Positions 38,720 through 52,179 are shown, counted from the first letter of the whole stretch. The stretch is DNA of 63,823 bases, filler included, from Octopus bimaculoides (GCF_001194135.2; 4 parts of 4 records of this genome joined end to end with filler, not necessarily neighbours in it); one strand, 5' to 3'. Translations and numbers: made by a program. The notes: generated by a model not told the origin, from the letters alone.

Positions 38720-40927
38720 TACAAAGTGTTTGTGTTGTTTATTATAAACTTTATTTTACATTTCTTGCCCACAAGAGATTATGTCTGATCTTTAGCATAC
38801 GGCTGTATGTCTTCTCAAATCATGATCAGAGGAAAAGTTGCTGATAAGAATTACCAACAAAAACAAAGCTGATAAATATGCACAGGTGTTGCAAATTAAG
38901 TTTAATTACCAATAAACATCAGCTTGGATGACACTTTACTCAACCAACAGAGGAAGGTGACCGATCAAACTGATCATGTAAACAGAATTCTTTTCCGCCT
39001 TTTCTTGTTGGAACCTTTGATACTGAGTATCGAAATTTTAATCCCTTTCACACATGAAATGTCAAGCAAACTTAAAAGATTTGTTATTACTGTTATTGTC
39101 AGTATGGGCAGAATTTATGAATCGTTTACTGCAAAGGAGAAATTTAAAATGTTGAATATGCATTTGAACATGACAATAGAGCTGCCAGAAGGTATTTTAA
39201 TGTTTGAAATTGGCGTAAACAGTACGACAAACTTAAAACTGTACCTAGTAATAAACAGACAAAAATAAAAACATACAATCAAGATTATCCATATCGTTAC
39301 ATTTTTTTCAGTCAGGAATATCTATATCACTGTCTATGTCAATGGTGCTCCATTGCAATAGGTAGAAACTCCAAGCAGTGTAAAATATGGCCTGGACTGT
39401 CTTTACCAGAATGAATGTCAGACTTCAAAAACTAGTTAACCATTTAATGGTTTTAGTAAATTTATACAGAAAAAGTAAGCATAATACCATCCAGCATAAA
39501 TAAAAGTCAACTTCATTATATGTATTTAAGCCATTATTTTTTCTGTAAAAACCTATTCTGACATTAAATGAGTCAACTTCCAGTATGAATGTTTACGTTC
39601 TGTATGTCTTTTTTCAACAAAAAATGTTACAAAAAAGTTCTGGAAATGATCTACTCGTGTAATTTACACACCCACTAAAGTCTATTTTTATTTTTGCGGA
39701 AAAATGTGCATAAATTACATGGGTTTTTATGGTAATACACAAGATGCTGGAGAAGTTTGAAATAGCAACTAAATCACTCTCAAATACCACTACTGTCTTC
39801 AATAATGAAGGACACATTCATTGTTCAACGTAGACACTGATATAATAAAAGGAGGATGGTCCATGTGGGAATGCATTTGATCATAGGTCTACTCAATTAA
39901 GGCTGATCAGAAGCTAAACAACTACATTGACAACAATATATTAAATAGGCAACATACAAAATCTGAGATATTCCAATGAAAAGCAACAACTGATCTATTG
40001 TGCCTGGGTTAATTTTAGTTATCATCAAGGCTATATTGTCAAGGTTCTTTCAGTATAGTTAAAAACAGAGAAGTATTGGACCAAACAATAAAATATATGG
40101 GAAATTTTAAGAGAGATATTAAACAAATGATAAGACCCAAAACATTAATTATAGTCTTCCAAAATATTAATTATTAATCTCCAAAATGATAATTATAGAC
40201 TCCGAAAATGATTATTATTGGCTTCCAAAATGAGGAATACAGGTTTCCAAAATGATAATTATAAATGACCACAATTATTATTATCATAGATTTGATTTCT
40301 AAAATGATAATTATAGGCTTATAAAATCAATCTTAAATCTACTGAAATATTTTTTAAATGTTCTTTTTTTTTGCTATTGATTTGTTGACATAATTTATGC
40401 TAATTTTCAAAAGGTAAGTACTACCTCAAGTACTATACTGCTGTTATCACATCCTAGATAATGTCCAAAGAAAGGTCACCAGTCTCATTGGTAGGAAGCT
40501 ACTTATCAACACATTCCAAGCTCTGGTTCATAGAGACATGCTCCCTAATTTTTTCTCTTTCCAATGATACTACATCAGTCTTTACCAATCTGGCTAGCTG
40601 GCAGGCCCTCATAAATGTAGCTAAATTATAAATCCTTTATTTCATTCAGTTTGGTTGAGTTGTTGGACAGCTGATGCTGAGAAATAGATTTAGATAAGCA
40701 GTCAAACAATTGATGCTTAGAAGAACATTTACAGGAGTTACTAGGTTGTTTAGTTCTATGGTAACTGCTCCAACGATTTTGTAAATCTTTATATATTAAT
40801 GAAATGTTCACATCTAAACCAAATATAAAAATATTCAAACAACAAAAATGCTAAATTTAAGGTTAGTGTTTAAAAGCTAGTTCAGGAAAAACTGGGGCAT
40901 TTACTAATGGTGGAAGGGGATTTGCTA
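38720..40927 (-). other. Candidate terminal exon and ~2 kb 3' UTR of an unidentified host gene
   Basis: Acceptor TTCCTTTTTTTTCAG| at 40927, short open frame xANPLPPLVNAPVFPELAFKH* (stop 40865-40863), then a tract free of SINE A-D and microsatellites, and two AATAAA near 38740-38757 on -. Sequence inference only. Confidence 0.25.
40140..40320. repeat. Degenerate ~21-22 bp AT-rich minisatellite (TCCAAAATGATAATTATAGGCT-like)
   Basis: About seven CCAAAAT(G/A)-type cores in tandem. Confidence 0.7.
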
Positions 40928-41401
40928 CTGAAAAAAAAGGAATTAAATTTATTGTGGAGTCCCTGTCAACAGAAAAATTTGTGGCTAACCCTTTAACTGG
41001 GAAATTAAATTTCATGGTTAATTCAATAATGATCTTAAATATCTACCAAAAATTAGAATTGGTATTTTCAGCAAGTTACTTGCCTCAACAAACTTGACAT
41101 ATTTCAACAAAAAAATAGTTTCAAACATGACGTTTCTCAACAAAAGATAAATTGGATATATAATATTACTTTCCTCAATTAAGGGTAACGAAATCTTGAG
41201 AGGATATATCTGATTTCTACAGTTAAAGGTTTAAAACAATAAATTGAAGTGTAGAATATAACAATAAATTGTAAAGTTAGCAGTAACATATTTAGTGTAA
41301 AGGAATATAAAAAATGTAATGAGAAGTAATTATGTGGTCAGAAGACAACATTAGCACAATGACTAATATTAATTAAATAATTCTTTTAACTCCAGACACA
41401 T

Positions 41402-41724
41402 TTAACTTTTTAGCATTGAAATTACTGTCAAATGTAATACTTATTTATTCACTTTTGAATTAATCATGCATTATCACATGGCTTTGATATTTCGATGATA
41501 TAATTATCTATTTTTAGAATGATTTTGTAGGGTAAATATGAGATTTACCCTACAAAATCATTCTAAAAATAAACAATTACATCATCGAAACGTCAAAGCC
41601 ATGAGATAATGCATGATTAATTCAAAACAATGTGAATAAATAAATTCTGGGTATGGCCAGTTTGGATATAAAACAGGTAGAATATATGAGCCTGATATAA
41701 TTGGTTTAAATGCTAAAGGATTAA
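41402..41724 (-). mobile_element. piggyBac-like MITE (TTAA-flanked) with an internal ~100 bp inverted duplication
   Basis: TTAA-CTTTTTAGCATT ... AATGCTAAAGGA-TTAA ends; related to the copy at 44808-45022; palindrome 41441-41643. Confidence 0.7.
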
Positions 41725-42429
41725 ACACTATTAGCTCTTCTTAGTGATTCATAAGCTTTATCTTAATTATCAAAATAGTAATCAGAGGTCACTAAGTAGA
41801 AATATATTTTATGAGTAGGCATGAAAAATTAGCATATTTAAAAAAAAATGAAACAAAATTATGTTAATTGCTCAGAGATGTCTTCCACATGAAAAAAAAC
41901 CCCCAAAAAAACCCCCAGTAAATTTCAGGTTAACAAACGTTGTGAGTATTTTTTCTGACACTTGGTGTCCCAAGCTCAAATCCTGTCAAAACCAAATCTG
42001 CTTTTCATCCCTTCACAGTTTGATAAAAAATATCAGTTCAGGGTTTTGGATTAATGCAACTGTAAGAACATTAGATTGGATGTCTTGTGGTATTTGTGCT
42101 TTGAGTTGAAAACCTGCTATGATCTACTGGTAGACTCAATCTGTGGATGGTAGACTAAATCTTTTGCCTAGTTTAACATCATGATTAACTGAATAGTCTA
42201 GTTGCTTTTGATGTAAAGAGATCCATGTGATTCAGTGTTCTACACCAGTGTACTCAAACAGACACTAATATATATATCATTCTCATTGATCGACCTCAGC
42301 TTACAATAAAAGCATTTTCCCCAGAGATCCTGCAGTGTGACAGGACATGAAACTACTTGGTTGCACAACGAAATTTTTAACCACACAAAAATGCTTGTAT
42401 CTGTCTTGGATATGTATAATTTCAGTAAT

Positions 42430-42595
42430 TGTAAAAGCACTCTTTACACTCTTGGAGTGATTGGTGTTAGAAAGGGCATCCAGCCATAGAAACCATGCCA
42501 AATAGACTGGAGTCTGGTGCAGCCCCTCAGCTTACCAGCCCTGGTCAAACCATCCAACCCATGCCAGCATGGACAACAGATGATGATGATGAGGA
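42430..42595 (+). mobile_element. RTE-type 3' tail element
   Basis: GGTGTTAGAAAGGGCATCCAGCCATAGAAACCATGCC...CCAACCCATGCCAGCATGGAC...GATGATGAT. Confidence 0.75.
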
Positions 42596-42839
42596 GGAGG
42601 AGGATTTTAAAGCATTGCATGAAATACCCTACTTCAAATTTAGGCATGGCTAACTTTGTTTTTTGTCCTTCTGGGGTTAATAAATAAAGTACCAGCTTTG
42701 GGTGGTGGACTGGCAAGATCATTAGAAATTGGAGGAAATGCTTCACTGTATTTGTTCCATCACTTGGTGTTCTGAGTTCAATTCCAGCTGTGGTTTATTT
42801 GTATGTGTTGACTCAATGTATCACCTGATTTAACACTAC

Positions 42840-42955
42840 CATCTGAATTTTTTGGTGCATCTAGCAGGTCTCCAGTTTGGGGCATATCTTCCTCTCTTTC
42901 TTCCTACAAGTCTCTGAAGCCAATAAAGGGCCATGGGTACTGCCTTCACTACTGA
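42840..42955 (-). other. Candidate exon (strong acceptor, uncertain donor and frame)
   Basis: CCTTTTTTCTTTTCTTTCTATCTTGCAG| at 42955; possible donors after 42840 (GTAGTG) or 42825 (GTGATA). Confidence 0.2.
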
Positions 42956-43078
42956 CTGCAAGATAGAAAGAAAAGAAAAAAGGTAATTAATTATACAGAG
43001 TAGACAAAGAACATGTTGCTTGTATAAGTATTTCTAATTAGATCTATGTACAAAATCTTTATTTAAGTGTGCGTGCAT

Positions 43079-43135
<57 letters not shown>

Positions 43136-43340
43136 GTAACTAAATGAAAATAATTCAAGTATAAAAGATTAAATTAACAAAATGTTAAGGTGATCTTTCA
43201 CATAAGAAAAGTGAAAGTGCAATCAGAAATCAACCACCAAAACAAGTAGCCCTTAAATTACTTCAGCAAAGAAGAAAAAGGGGAATTTACCAATGAAAGA
43301 AGTGGGGAAGGGGAGGGAGCTACTTTTCTTTTATGCACTC

Positions 43341-43845
43341 TACAAGGTGCGTTCAGAAAGTATCCAACTTCGTTTTTCCCTGCTAAAACTAATGCAATGT
43401 GAATAAAATCCTTTGGGTTGGAAGTTACACCATTCTTACTTCATATGCAAGAAGATTTTCATGCCCATAGACTGTGTCAGTTCCTAGCTGTTACACTTAG
43501 AGTACAGATGCGCAATGCATGCTCAGTGGATTTTCGTTTTCACTGAATGTCTCGAGCAGAGATATTACATCAAGTTTTGCCAAAAGCTTGGTAATGCTAA
43601 AGCTGAAATCATTCAAAAGATTCAACAGGCCTTTGGCGATGATACCATAGTAAAAACTCAGATCAAGGAGTGGTACAACCACTTCAAACATAAATGGACC
43701 TCAGTGGAGAGTGAGGCATACTTAGGCAGGCCAATATGTAACAATCCAGTAAATTGCTCATGAAGCGGGAATACACACAGAATCAGTGCATTCCATTTTA
43801 ACGGAGGATTTGTGCATTTGTTGAGTGTAGGCAAAATTTGTGTCC
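43341..43845 (+). mobile_element. Mariner element 5' part: TIR, UTR and transposase N-terminal HTH domains
   Basis: TACAAGGTGCGTTCAGAAAGTATCC; LEQRYYIKFCQKLGNAKAEIIQKIQQAFGDDTIVKTQIKEWYNHFKHKWTSVESEAYLGRP; then IAHEAGIHTESVHSILTEDL...AKFV. Confidence 0.9.
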
Positions 43846-44807
43846 AATGTGCTGGCAGAGCAGCAGAAGCAACTCCATATGGAAATTGCTCAGGGCATAC
43901 TGGACAGTGCAAACCACATATAATGTCACTATATTGTTAACATTGGTAGTACTACTAAAGTGGTTGCAAAGCAGGCTTCCTAACCACACAACCATGCTTG
44001 TACCTACAAATGGAAACAATGGCAACATGCATTATTTCTGTGATCTTTCTTGCTTAATCCCAGGCAACAAATGCTATTTCTCTTTGTTCTTTTTATATGG
44101 TAGCTGGTAAAGATTTGAAACTCAAAGACCATAACAACAATATATTGGACTTCTGGTTCCTAATCTGTAAATGGTGCCATGATTGAGGATAGTAAAACAT
44201 TATTGATTAGTTCTGTCATGTAGATGGCATATTCATGAAAGACAAACAGTAGAGAGATTTATATATTTATATATCTATAGGAAGATTAATTTTGATATTC
44301 TAGAGGTGTCTGCATGTAGATATCACAACTGATATGATAGATATATATTATATCCTATTTATTTTTATTATTCCTTTGTTGTTTGGACAATGTTGCATAT
44401 CTACATGAGAATTTATTTCTATATACATTTGTCAAGGTATTGAATAATAAAAAAAAGAAATATCTTGAACATTATTCAATTTCTTGTCATTGTATGAAAA
44501 TTCAAAGAGAAATATAAAAGAACAATGAATATCTAAATATAGACATATTCAATAACGTATTTTGGTTTTTCCTGCATTGTTTGTTATTCAAATCATTACA
44601 TATACAAATAAAACAATGATTTTAAATAAAAATCTTCATTTGTTGATAGTTTTCTCAATAATTCTATCTACTAGAGTAGTAGAGAAGATCAGAGCAGTAG
44701 AATGTCGGATTTAATATATCAAAATATCTAATTTTTTTCCCCCTCCACATTCTGAATAGAAATCCTGCTTACAAGACAGTATCGACTTTGACTTTCATTA
44801 CTCTAGG

Positions 44808-45022
44808 CCTTTAGCATTTACACTGGTTATATCTGGTCCAGATATTCTGTCTTAAGTTCAAAGCAGCTAGATCTGGGCTCTCATACCTACCTTTCTATGT
44901 CATTCTAAAAGTAAACAATCACATCATCACAACCTTGAAGCTATTAGAAAAAGCATGATTAATTGCAAACAATGTGACTATATAAACATTACAAGTAAAA
45001 GAGTAATTTGAATGTTAAAGAG
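44808..45022 (+). mobile_element. piggyBac-like MITE, degraded copy
   Basis: CCTTTAGCATTTA...GTCATTCTAAAAGTAAACAATCACATCATC...AATGTTAAAGAG, colinear with the element at 41402-41724. Confidence 0.65.
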
Positions 45023-45296
45023 CTAGAGTTTATAAAATATGTAACAACAAGAGACTGAAGATTTTCCATTTGATTATATTGCAAGAGACCTGATTCTGTG
45101 CCCCTACCATATTTTCATCACCTGGTATCAAGCCACTTCCCTCAGTACTGCTACACCTACTCCAGTTATTTGGTGACCTCACTAGTCTTATTGCCATGTA
45201 AAAAAAAAAAAATACTTAGTTTCATCTGTGAAGTGGTTGATGTAAGGAAGGGCATGCAGCTGCAGAAACTGACAATGATAATGATGATGTTGATGA

Positions 45297-46327
45297 TGGT
45301 GGTGATGGTGGTGATGGTGGTGATGGTGGTGATGGTGGTGATGGTGGTGATGGTGGTGATGGTGGTGATGGTGGTGATGGTGGTGATNNNNNNNNNNNNN
45401 NNNNNNNNNNNNNNNNNNNNNNNNNNNNNNNNNNNNNNNNNNNNNNNNNNNNNNNNNNNNNNNNNNNNNNNNNNNNNNNNNNNNNNNNNNNNNNNNNNNN
45501 NNNNNNNNNNNNNNNNNNNNNNNNNNNNNNNNNNNNNNNNNNNNNNNNNNNNNNNNNNNNNNNNNNNNNNNNNNNNNNNNNNNNNNNNNNNNNNNNNNNN
45601 NNNNNNNNNNNNNNNNNNNNNNNNNNNNNNNNNNNNNNNNNNNNNNNNNNNNNNNNNNNNNNNNNNNNNNNNNNNNNNNNNNNNNNNNNNNNNNNNNNNN
45701 NNNNNNNNNNNNNNNNNNNNNNNNNNNNNNNNNNNNNNNNNNNNNNNNNNNNNNNNNNNNNNNNNNNNNNNNNNNNNNNNNNNNNNNNNNNNNNNNNNNN
45801 NNNNNNNNNNNNNNNNNNNNNNNNNNNNNNNNNNNNNNNNNNNNNNNNNNNNNNNNNNNNNNNNNNNNNNNNNNNNNNNNNNNNNNNNNNNNNNNNNNNN
45901 NNNNNNNNNNNNNNNNNNNNNNNNNNNNNNNNNNNNNNNNNNNNNNNNNNNNNNNNNNNNNNNNNNNNNNNNNNNNNNNNNNNNNNNNNNNNNNNNNNNN
46001 NNNNNNNNNNNNNNNNNNNNNNNNNNNNNNNNNNNNNNNNNNNNNNNNNNNNNNNNNNNNNNNNNNNNNNNNNNNNNNNNNNNNNNNNNNNNNNNNNNNN
46101 NNNNNNNNNNNNNNNNNNNNNNNNNNNNNNNNNNNNNNNNNNNNNNNNNNNNNNNNNNNNNNNNNNNNNNNNNNNNNNNNNNNNNNNNNNNNNNNNNNNN
46201 NNNNNNNNNNNNNNNNNNNNNNNNNNNNNNNNNNNNNNNNNNNNNNNNATGGTGGTGATGGTGGTGATGGTGGTGATGGTGGTGATGGTGGTGATGGTGG
46301 TGATGGTGGTGATGGTGGTGATGGTGG
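45297..46327. repeat. (GGTGATGGT)n 9-mer array spanning a gap
   Basis: Same perfect 9-mer on both sides of the 45388-46248 gap. Confidence 0.85.
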
Positions 46328-46507
46328 TAATATTCTTCTTCCCTTGCCAGAATTGATTTTGTGACTATTCAAGAACAATCAAGGTTCTTTGTTACTGTGG
46401 CATGTTTACTTTGCATACATTTTCAGGTCATTCATTTTGAGTTAGTCTTCATGGCATGTGCGTGCACACGCATATACACAGGCACGCTCACCCACCCCAC
46501 ACGCACG

Positions 46508-46618
<111 letters not shown>

Positions 46619-47636
46619 TTTATGAATTGAGTCAACTTTTTTGGCTGATATAGATGCAGTATAGCAAAATATTTCAATAGTTCACTTGGAAACTACTTGG
46701 TCCTGAGTCTGATCACACTGCACAGTGTTTTGTGTGAATATCATTTTCTGGTCGGTCCATACATAGTGAGTGAAACTGGGCTGACAGAAACTGTACAGAA
46801 GCCCATCAGATCGATTGTATTAGTAGTTCAAAAGGTACAGCCTTGTTACACTGAGTCACACTGATTCTGATCAAGAATTACATTAAGGATAAATATGCCT
46901 ATTAAATGCATGGCTATTTATATGCTGACTCAGTGAGCAGGTAATTGAGTTGATTAAACCATTGAAATCTCATTGTCAAAACTGATGGAGGGACATTTTC
47001 TACTGGTAAATAATTCCCCCTTGACTAGTTTCTTTGTTTTTTCTTTCTAAAATAACATTTTTTTACTGCATTCAATTTTAGTCCACTTCGTTCTGAGTTC
47101 AAATCATGCATAGGTTGATCATTTAAGAGCTACCAAAGTACAAGTGTTTGACTGATTCTTTCCTGATATTGACATTACAGCATTCCAGAATAACTCTGTT
47201 CATCATTGATTCCTTCCTGCTTTTAGTCATATATTTTTAGTAGTTAAAATTTCATGTTTGAGGTAAAATAATTATATCCTATCCATGTTCCCAAGTAAAA
47301 ATATTATTATTATTATTATTATAATTAAGAATTTCAATGGTTAGGTTAGAGGACAGCTCAATGGCTACTTTGATGTGTGTATTGACTGTAATTATAGAAC
47401 AGAAGCAAAAGTGGTAATTAAATTTCTGGAATGTTTTAGTAGTACAATTGATTAAGTTATCTTAAAGACAAACTTGTGAAAACTAATTGGCAAACTTTAC
47501 AATCTGATAAGATCAGGAGTAAAACTGGTTTTGTTTGCTTAGAAAATAAAAGTGAAAAAAAAAAAAAAGCAAAAAAACCCTGTAACGACTGAAAATCAAT
47601 TTCAGTAGAAGAACATTATTCTAATATAAATTATAA

Positions 47637-47905
47637 GTAAATGGCTGTGTGGTAAGACGCTTGCATCCCAACCAAATGGTTCTGCCTTCAATCCCGCTGT
47701 GTGGCACCTTGGACAAGTGTTTTCTGTTATGGCCTTAGGCTGACCAAAACCTTGTGAGTGGATCTGGTTGAGGAAAACTGAAAGAAGCTTGTTTATATAT
47801 GTATANNNNNNNNNNNNNNNNNNNNNNNNNNNATATATATATATATATATATATATGCATGTATGTATGTATATATATGTATATGTACATATATATATTT
47901 ATAAA

Positions 47906-47945
<40 letters not shown>

Positions 47946-48168
47946 TGTCTCTTTGTGTTTTGTTTGTGCCTCCATCACAGTTTCACAAGCAGTGTTAGTG
48001 TGTTTACATCTCCATAACATTGTAGTTTGACAAAAGAGATCGATAGAATAAGTACCAGGCTTACGAAAAGAAGCCCTAGTGGTCGATTTATACGGCTAAA
48101 ATATTTGAAGGCAGTGATCCAGTATGGCTGCAGTCAAATGACTGAAACAAGTAAAAAAATAAAAGATA
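47637..48168 (+). mobile_element. SINE family B, full length
   Basis: Head ATGGCTGTGTGGTAAGACGCTTGC, internal (TA)n/(GT)n with a small gap, tail GCAGTCAAATGACTGAAACAAGTAAAA. Confidence 0.85.
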
Positions 48169-48335
48169 AATTTCATATTAAAAGCCTTTCAGTTACTTAT
48201 TGAGGAGTAATGAGGAAATAGGCAAGAGCTTTCATGCAATACTGATGTAAAATATACACAAAATGTGGCTTATGAGGATGATGAAAGACTGTGTAGAAAA
48301 TAGAGGAAAAAAATTCAGGACATAAATGTGCTCAC

Positions 48336-48422
48336 CTCTCTTCAATTATCAACCAAAAGTCATCACAATTTCAGTACCTTATCAATAGTAGTGTTCAATT
48401 TGGTGACGTTAATAGCGAAAAA
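48336..48422 (-). other. Candidate 87-nt exon, stops in all frames (non-coding or stop-containing)
   Basis: Long pyrimidine tract ending CACCCCCACCAG| and donor GAG|GTGAGC. Confidence 0.25.
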
Positions 48423-48646
48423 CTGGTGGGGGTGTAAATGAGTGAGCATGAAGGACAGAATAAGACAATTACCAGAAAAAAAAAAAAGACACTCGCACAC
48501 ACAGAAAAAAAAAAAAGACAGGATCTCTAGACTGAACAACAGAAAAGATGAGTTACAAGGAGAACAGCAAAACATATAAAATGAAAAAAATCAAAAACAG
48601 GAAGGAAAAAAAACTTAATAAATGAAACAAGCACATATATACTGTA

Positions 48647-48678
<32 letters not shown>

Positions 48679-48828
48679 CATATATATATAAATTAAACAA
48701 TAGGGTAAAAATTGGATATTAATTAATATCAATTTAATACCAGGTAACTAGCACATTAAAAAAATCAGGGAGATTCAGAAAAATTATCTGAGATCTCAAA
48801 GGATTATTGTATATTTACATATAAAAAA

Positions 48829-49004
48829 TATATATAAAGGAGGCTACTAGGTGGACTGCCAATATGCTAGAAGAAGATCACATGTCATGTGTCTACTAAG
48901 ACCCGTTAAATTCACTTTGAGAATTATCCGGTCTTAGTAGATACATGACATGTGATCTTCTTCTAGCACATTGGCAGTCCACCTAGTAGCCTCCTTTATA
49001 TATA
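48829..49004. repeat. Inverted repeat, 75-bp arms, 26-nt spacer, 2 mismatches
   Basis: Arms 48829-48903 and 48930-49004. Confidence 0.95.
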
Positions 49005-49005
49005 T

Positions 49006-49217
49006 ACTCTTTTACTCTTTTACTTGTTTCAGTCTTTTGACTGTGGCCATGCTGGAGCACCACCTTTAGTCGAGCAAATCGACCCCATGACTTATTCTTT
49101 GGAAGCCTAGTATTTATTCTAGTGGTCTCTTTTTTGCCGAACCGCTAAGTTATGGGGACATAAACACACCAGCATCGGTTGTCAAGCGATGTTGGGGGGA
49201 CAAACACAGACACACAT

Positions 49218-49261
<44 letters not shown>

Positions 49262-49424
49262 GACAGGCTTCTTTCAGTTTCCGTCTACCAAATCCACTCA
49301 CAAGGCTTTGGTCGGCCCGAGGCTATAGTAGAAGACACTTGCCCAAGATTCCACGCAGTGGGACTGAACCCAGGACCATGTGGTTGGTAAGCAAGCTACA
49401 TGCCACACAGCCACTCCTATGCCT
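49006..49424 (-). mobile_element. SINE family B, full length, well preserved
   Basis: Complete head, internal (CA)(TA)n and tail. Confidence 0.92.
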
Positions 49425-50286
49425 CATATATATTTATATATATATATATATATAGAAAGTCTTTTGGCTACATGACAGAATTAAGTTAAGACATGTGCAA
49501 AGGCAATGCTAATTGAGAAGAATGTGGTCCTCTCAGACTAGAAATGATGCATGTGGAGAAACAAGATAAAACATATGCAAAATTATATATGTAATCAATT
49601 GTATTAATGAATTAATATATTGTAAGTTGCACACCTAGTGTTTGTGGAAGAAGCTGGCAGTGGTGGAATAATCTAATAAATCAGACTTTAAAGATTAGAA
49701 TGTCGAGTTTATGATTAGGCTAGTTGTCTTACAGAATACATGGCAACCTTAGTTATGTTGATGTCATGAATGATAAAATACACCCAGAACATTCTGTAAA
49801 ATAGTTGGTAAGTAAATAGGAATGGTGTAGGGTCAAGAGGGCTTTCTTAGCATTGTTGCAGTCATGACAACCTCCTTAGTGTTGGAATCACAATAAAAAG
49901 TAGCTAATACTTCCTGTAAAATGGTTGGCGATAAGAAAGAACAAGCAACCATAGAAACCAAGCCTAGGGTGAAGTAATTGAGCAAGACTTAGCTCTCTAA
50001 CCAGTCTATTTGGGCAGTGACTCTTGATAAGAATCATCTTGGATTATAATGACCTGTCCAACCATGTCAGCACAAAAAGTCAATGTAAAATAATGATGAT
50101 AGTAGCAATGATGATGATGATGATGATGATTACTCTAACAGTGATGATGACAATGGTATAACAATAATGATGATGATGACGATGGCTATGATGATGACAA
50201 TGGCTATGATGATGACAATAATGATGATGATAGTGATGATAATGATGGTGTCGATGATGGTGATGGTTATTAGGAGGAAGACATAT

Positions 50287-50664
50287 TGGCACTCCGTCAC
50301 TTATGACGTCGAGGGTTCCAATTGATCCGATCAACAGAACAGCCTGCTCGTGAAATTAACGTGCAAGTGGCTGAGCACTCCACAGACAGATGTACCCTTC
50401 ATGTAGTTCTCAGGGATATTCAGCGTGACACAGTGTGACAAGGCTGACCCTTTGAATTACAGGTACAACAGAAACAGGAAATAAGAGTGACAGAAAGTTG
50501 TGGTGAAAGAGTACAGCAGGGTTCGCCACCATCCCCTGTCAGAGCCTCGTGGAGCTTTAGGTGTTTTCACTCAATAAACACTCACAACGCCCGGTCTGGG
50601 ATCGAAACTGCAATCCTATGACCGCGAGTTCGCTGCCTTAACCAATGGGTCATTGCGCCTCCAC
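50287..50664 (-). mobile_element. SINE family A, full length
   Basis: Minus strand GTGGAGGCGCAATGACCCATTGGTTAAGG...GTTTCGATCCC through GACGTCATAAGTGACGGAGTGCCA. Confidence 0.92.
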
Positions 50665-50744
50665 TCCACAGGAGGAAGACAATGATGATGAGAAAGGGAG
50701 AAAGTAGCATTAAATTCTATTGAAAGTTTTAGCAACAAGTTTAC

Positions 50745-50824
50745 CTAATTGAGACAAATGCTAATGAACAGAATGAAGTTTTTCAAATGTCTTCAAGAAG
50801 ATGAAAGCCAGGTGGTATTTAAAA
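50745..50824 (-). other. Candidate 80-nt non-coding exon
   Basis: TTTTCTCTGCTCTGTCTTGCAG| acceptor and TAG|GTAAAC donor; stops in all frames. Confidence 0.22.
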
Positions 50825-51110
50825 CTGCAAGACAGAGCAGAGAAAATTAGAATTTAACAAAATATCATGATAGAAAAATTAGAATTTATTGATAGAAAAA
50901 AATAAAGAAAATAGAAAAAAATTGAAACAATTACATCACGATAAAATGAGGAAGATAAACATTTAAATCGCACAAAACCTGTTAGACTTTCATATGGTGA
51001 GAAAATGTGTTTGTGAGTGTGACTACATTGGCACCTACGGCAGTTAGAAAAAATATGGTACAAGCTGCTTAGTCAAACACCCTTGTGAGTGATGGCTATG
51101 CATACATACA

Positions 51111-51184
<74 letters not shown>

Positions 51185-51869
51185 NNNNNNNNNNNNNNNN
51201 NNNNNNNNNNNNNNNNNNNNNNNNNNNNNNNNNNNNNNNNNNNNNNNNNNNNNNNNNNNNNNNNNNNNNNNNNNNNNNNNNNNNNNNNNNNNNNNNNNNN
51301 NNNNNNNNNNNNNNNNNNNNNNNNNNNNNNNNNNNNNNNNNNNNNNNNNNNNNNNNNNNNNNNNNNNNNNNNNNNNNNNNNNNNNNNNNNNNNNNNNNNN
51401 NNNNNNNNNNNNNNNNNNNNNNNNNNNNNNNNNNNNNNNNNNNNNNNNNNNNNNNNNNNNNNNNNNNNNNNNNNNNNNNNNNNNNNNNNNNNNNNNNNNN
51501 NNNNNNNNNNNNNNNNNNNNNNNNNNNNNNNNNNNNNNNNNNNNNNNNNNNNNNNNNNNNNNNNNNNNNNNNNNNNNNNNNNNNNNNNNNNNNNNNNNNN
51601 NNNNNNNNNNNNNNNNNNNNNNNNNNNNNNNNNNNNNNNNNNNNNNNNNNNNNNNNNNNNNNNNNNNNNNNNNNNNNNNNNNNNNNNNNNNNNNNNNNNN
51701 NNNNNNNNNNNNNNNNNNNNNNNNNNNNTATATATATATATTTGTTTTGCAAGATTATTTGCAAAACTGGCAATATGACCATCCCCAAGTACAACAACAT
51801 ATATATATATATATATATAATCAATTCAAATAAACAATTAAAAAACAGAGAAAAAGGGAAAAAATGAAC

Positions 51870-52030
51870 GTAATGACATGTAAAAGAAATATATTAATTT
51901 GACATTCAGTGAAGGGAGAGAGTTGTTGTTAACATTTTGAGCATAGCTCTTTGTCAGAAACAGGAAAGTCCAAAGAGAAAGGAAAAATGAGGGAAAATCA
52001 CCAACAGTCCACGTGTAGTTACATGTATAT
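51870..52030 (-). mobile_element. Penelope-like terminal-repeat remnant with a decayed minimal hammerhead motif
   Basis: Minus strand GTTT-CTGACAA-AGAGC-TAT-GCTC-AAAATGT (51962-51926); reversing three CpG-type transitions gives CTGACGA...GAAACGT. Confidence 0.45.
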
Positions 52031-52179
52031 ATAGTAAGAGGAAGGATATAATATCGAAGCAGATACTGAATTTCTCTATGTAAAATGTCAAGACTGCTTC
52101 CTTCAGATGGTGTGTTTTATAGTAAATTTCCTTTAACGCCCATTCGACATTACAGTTTTTTCCTGGTTACTTAGAGTAT

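Noticed and set aside
38924-39268. 114-aa plus-strand ORF
   Set aside because: Starts at TTG, has no recognisable domain or splice support, and lies in AT-rich UTR-like sequence.
45297-46327. Pro/Ser- or Val/Met-rich protein from the 386-396 aa ORFs
   Set aside because: Translation of a 9-mer tandem repeat plus an N gap.
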